A stretch of DNA of 64,000 nucleotides. Origin: Takakia lepidozioides (Eukaryota > Plantae > Bryophyta). Below, one piece after another: positions 62,320-64,000 of this stretch. The stretch lies in NCBI GenBank assembly GCA_030704615.1, contig CM060733.1, forward strand, positions 15,686,001-15,750,000, read 5' to 3'. The notes beneath the pieces were generated by a model. The model did not search any database, was not told where the DNA came from, and saw nothing but the letters and a program-made list of their open reading frames with translations. The first letter of the stretch is position 1. Every line of letters starts with the position of its first letter. The position numbers were made by a program, and so were the translations under genes.

Positions 62320-63762
62320 GGAGAAGACTACGCTTATCCAACGAGTTGAATGCAAGCATGGGAGCCTTGATGTTGCCGGGGATGGCCATACCGGCAATGT
62401 TTCGGCGGGGCGCATTGTCAAATCTCCAACCCCCATTGCTCCCCTCTCACCTGCGACGGTGTTGTAGAGTAAAGGATTAAAAATCAAAGGCAAGAAGTGG
62501 ATGGTAGTGTGGTGGCTAGGCGATATGTGTTATGTATAGTTACAAGATCCTAGTATCAAATCGTGGCGGTCAAAGTACATTGAGTGATAGGTTGCACATG
62601 CGATTAATTGTTTAAAATTTCATCTCCAACATAACTCAAGTCCAAGATCCTTGTTCCAAGTGTCCGCTCATCTGTCCCCTCCTTGTTCCCAGTCACGCTC
62701 CCCTATCAATGTCTTGTGTCCCCGCTTCCCTCCTCATCCTATGGAATGGCTTGCTCCCCTGTTCCCGCTCCCCGCTCCCCTCCTCGCCTTGTGGGATGGC
62801 TTGCTCCCATGTCCTAGTCCCCGCTCTTTTCCTCGTCCTTTGGAATGTGGCTTGTTCCGCTGTTCCCGGTCCCGCTCATTTCCTCGCCCTTTGGAACGTG
62901 GCTTGCTCCTCTGTTCCCAATCCCCGCTCCCCTGTCCCACTATGGGGAGCAGAGATCCGGCAGCAGGAACTGGGGAGCAGAATTGGAGAATGTTTGGGAA
63001 CATGGTCCCAAAGGTGGGGAGCATGAGGAGCGTACAGGAGGTGTGGAGTGCTCCCCATCTTCTGAATGGGGGATGAGATTTGACTTGTAGTCTCACTAAG
63101 CCTCCAGAGTTTTGGCGAGACCCCAGAACCTCACACACTTGCCTTAAACTCGTAACACCTTTTGCTATGTCGCTCTTTGTATTTTGACCATGTCTCCCAA
63201 GTGTGAATATCAGGGCATCCTGACAGTCAGCCCTTCCGCTAAAACCTTCCGGCTTGGAGTGCCTGTGGACCTCCACATGTGGGACCTTCGCGTAAAGCAT
63301 TGCCAAAAATATCTGTTTGTATTTACCGTGTCATTAAAAAGCAGAATTCGTAGGGGCGCATTCCACCTGGTGGAATGCACCCCATCGGCTCCCTCGAGTG
63401 CATTCCGAAAGATGTCAGCCTTACAAGACTCCCTATCTAAATTTGGCCAATTTAATACATCTCGCGTTGGACCCCTTGATCTCATTCCTTAATACACGTG
63501 GCCTTACTACATAAGCCCCACTCTAATTCATGGCCACGGTAATTCCTGGACCACTCTAGAATGAACAGGCCCGAATGAAACTGCTCTACATATTAGATTT
63601 GTTTTTGGCATTTCTTTACACAGGTAATGCCCCTCCTGTGGGCATTCCCAGATTTTCGGGCCTTTCCCCTGGGGCTACCGCCCGAGGCGTCAGGCCCTTA
63701 AATCCGGGAATGCCCTCCACTGAGGGCATTACCCTATAGGTAAAGGAAGCGTAGTCCTAGCC
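62320..63762. mobile_element. Second, inverted copy of the Mutator-like MITE, interrupted by a ~590-bp insertion (~63153-63740)
   Basis: 62320-63152 is the diverged reverse complement of 60060-60880. The missing terminus reappears at ~63748-63762 (aagcgtagtcctagcc). Both flanks are T-rich. Confidence 0.7.
63623..63733. repeat. 111-bp foldback / MITE-like element with ~40-bp imperfect inverted arms
   Basis: ggtaatgccc...gggcattcccagattt..gggcct and aggccc..aaatccgggaatgccc...gggcattacc. Confidence 0.65.
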
Positions 63763-64000
63763 CCCCTTTTTTTTTTTTTTTTCTAAGCAAAGGGGAGGTG
63801 TTTGTTTCACAATACAATCCAGGTTAATCTGCTGCATTGCAATTTTTCATAGGGTGACCATGCATATGCAGCCACGTGGACCCTCAATATCCTCGGAAGG
63901 ACTCAGAGCTCTAGAGTGACCCAGGAAGAGGGAGAGTGGAGTATGACCAGACAGGCAGATGGTTCTAGATGGCGGGTTGAGAGTCCGTAATAATTGAAAG

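Overview
Land-plant nuclear genomic DNA. A seed-free vascular plant such as a fern or lycophyte is plausible but cannot be proven from this window. It holds three recognisable genes: an intronless At5g39450-like F-box gene (-, 224-2251), a spliced YAE1-family gene (+, 3972-5751) whose first intron looks like a U12 minor-spliceosome intron, and a complete ~50.6 kb multi-exon midasin/MDN1 (Rea1) gene (-, ATG 57073, stop 6438). MDN1 shows six AAA Walker A motifs, a D/E-rich tail, a C-terminal VWA/MIDAS domain and an upstream telo-box. Its introns carry stacks of 5'-truncated non-LTR retrotransposons from at least three RTE/RTEX-like families (one with a YADD RT fragment), a Ty3/Gypsy integrase relic, tRNA-derived SINE-like copies and a ~430 bp pyrimidine tract. 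Upstream of MDN1 lie a candidate orphan ORF, two inverted copies of a Mutator-like MITE (9-bp TSD on one) and a degraded F-box/kelch-like fragment. The most interesting observation is a ~50-85 nt structured RNA module present in five retroposed copies: a three-way junction with an AGUA/GAA S-turn, GNRA/UUCG tetraloops and compensatory base-pair changes. I cannot assign it to a known RNA family. All alignments and folds were done by eye; no database searches were run.
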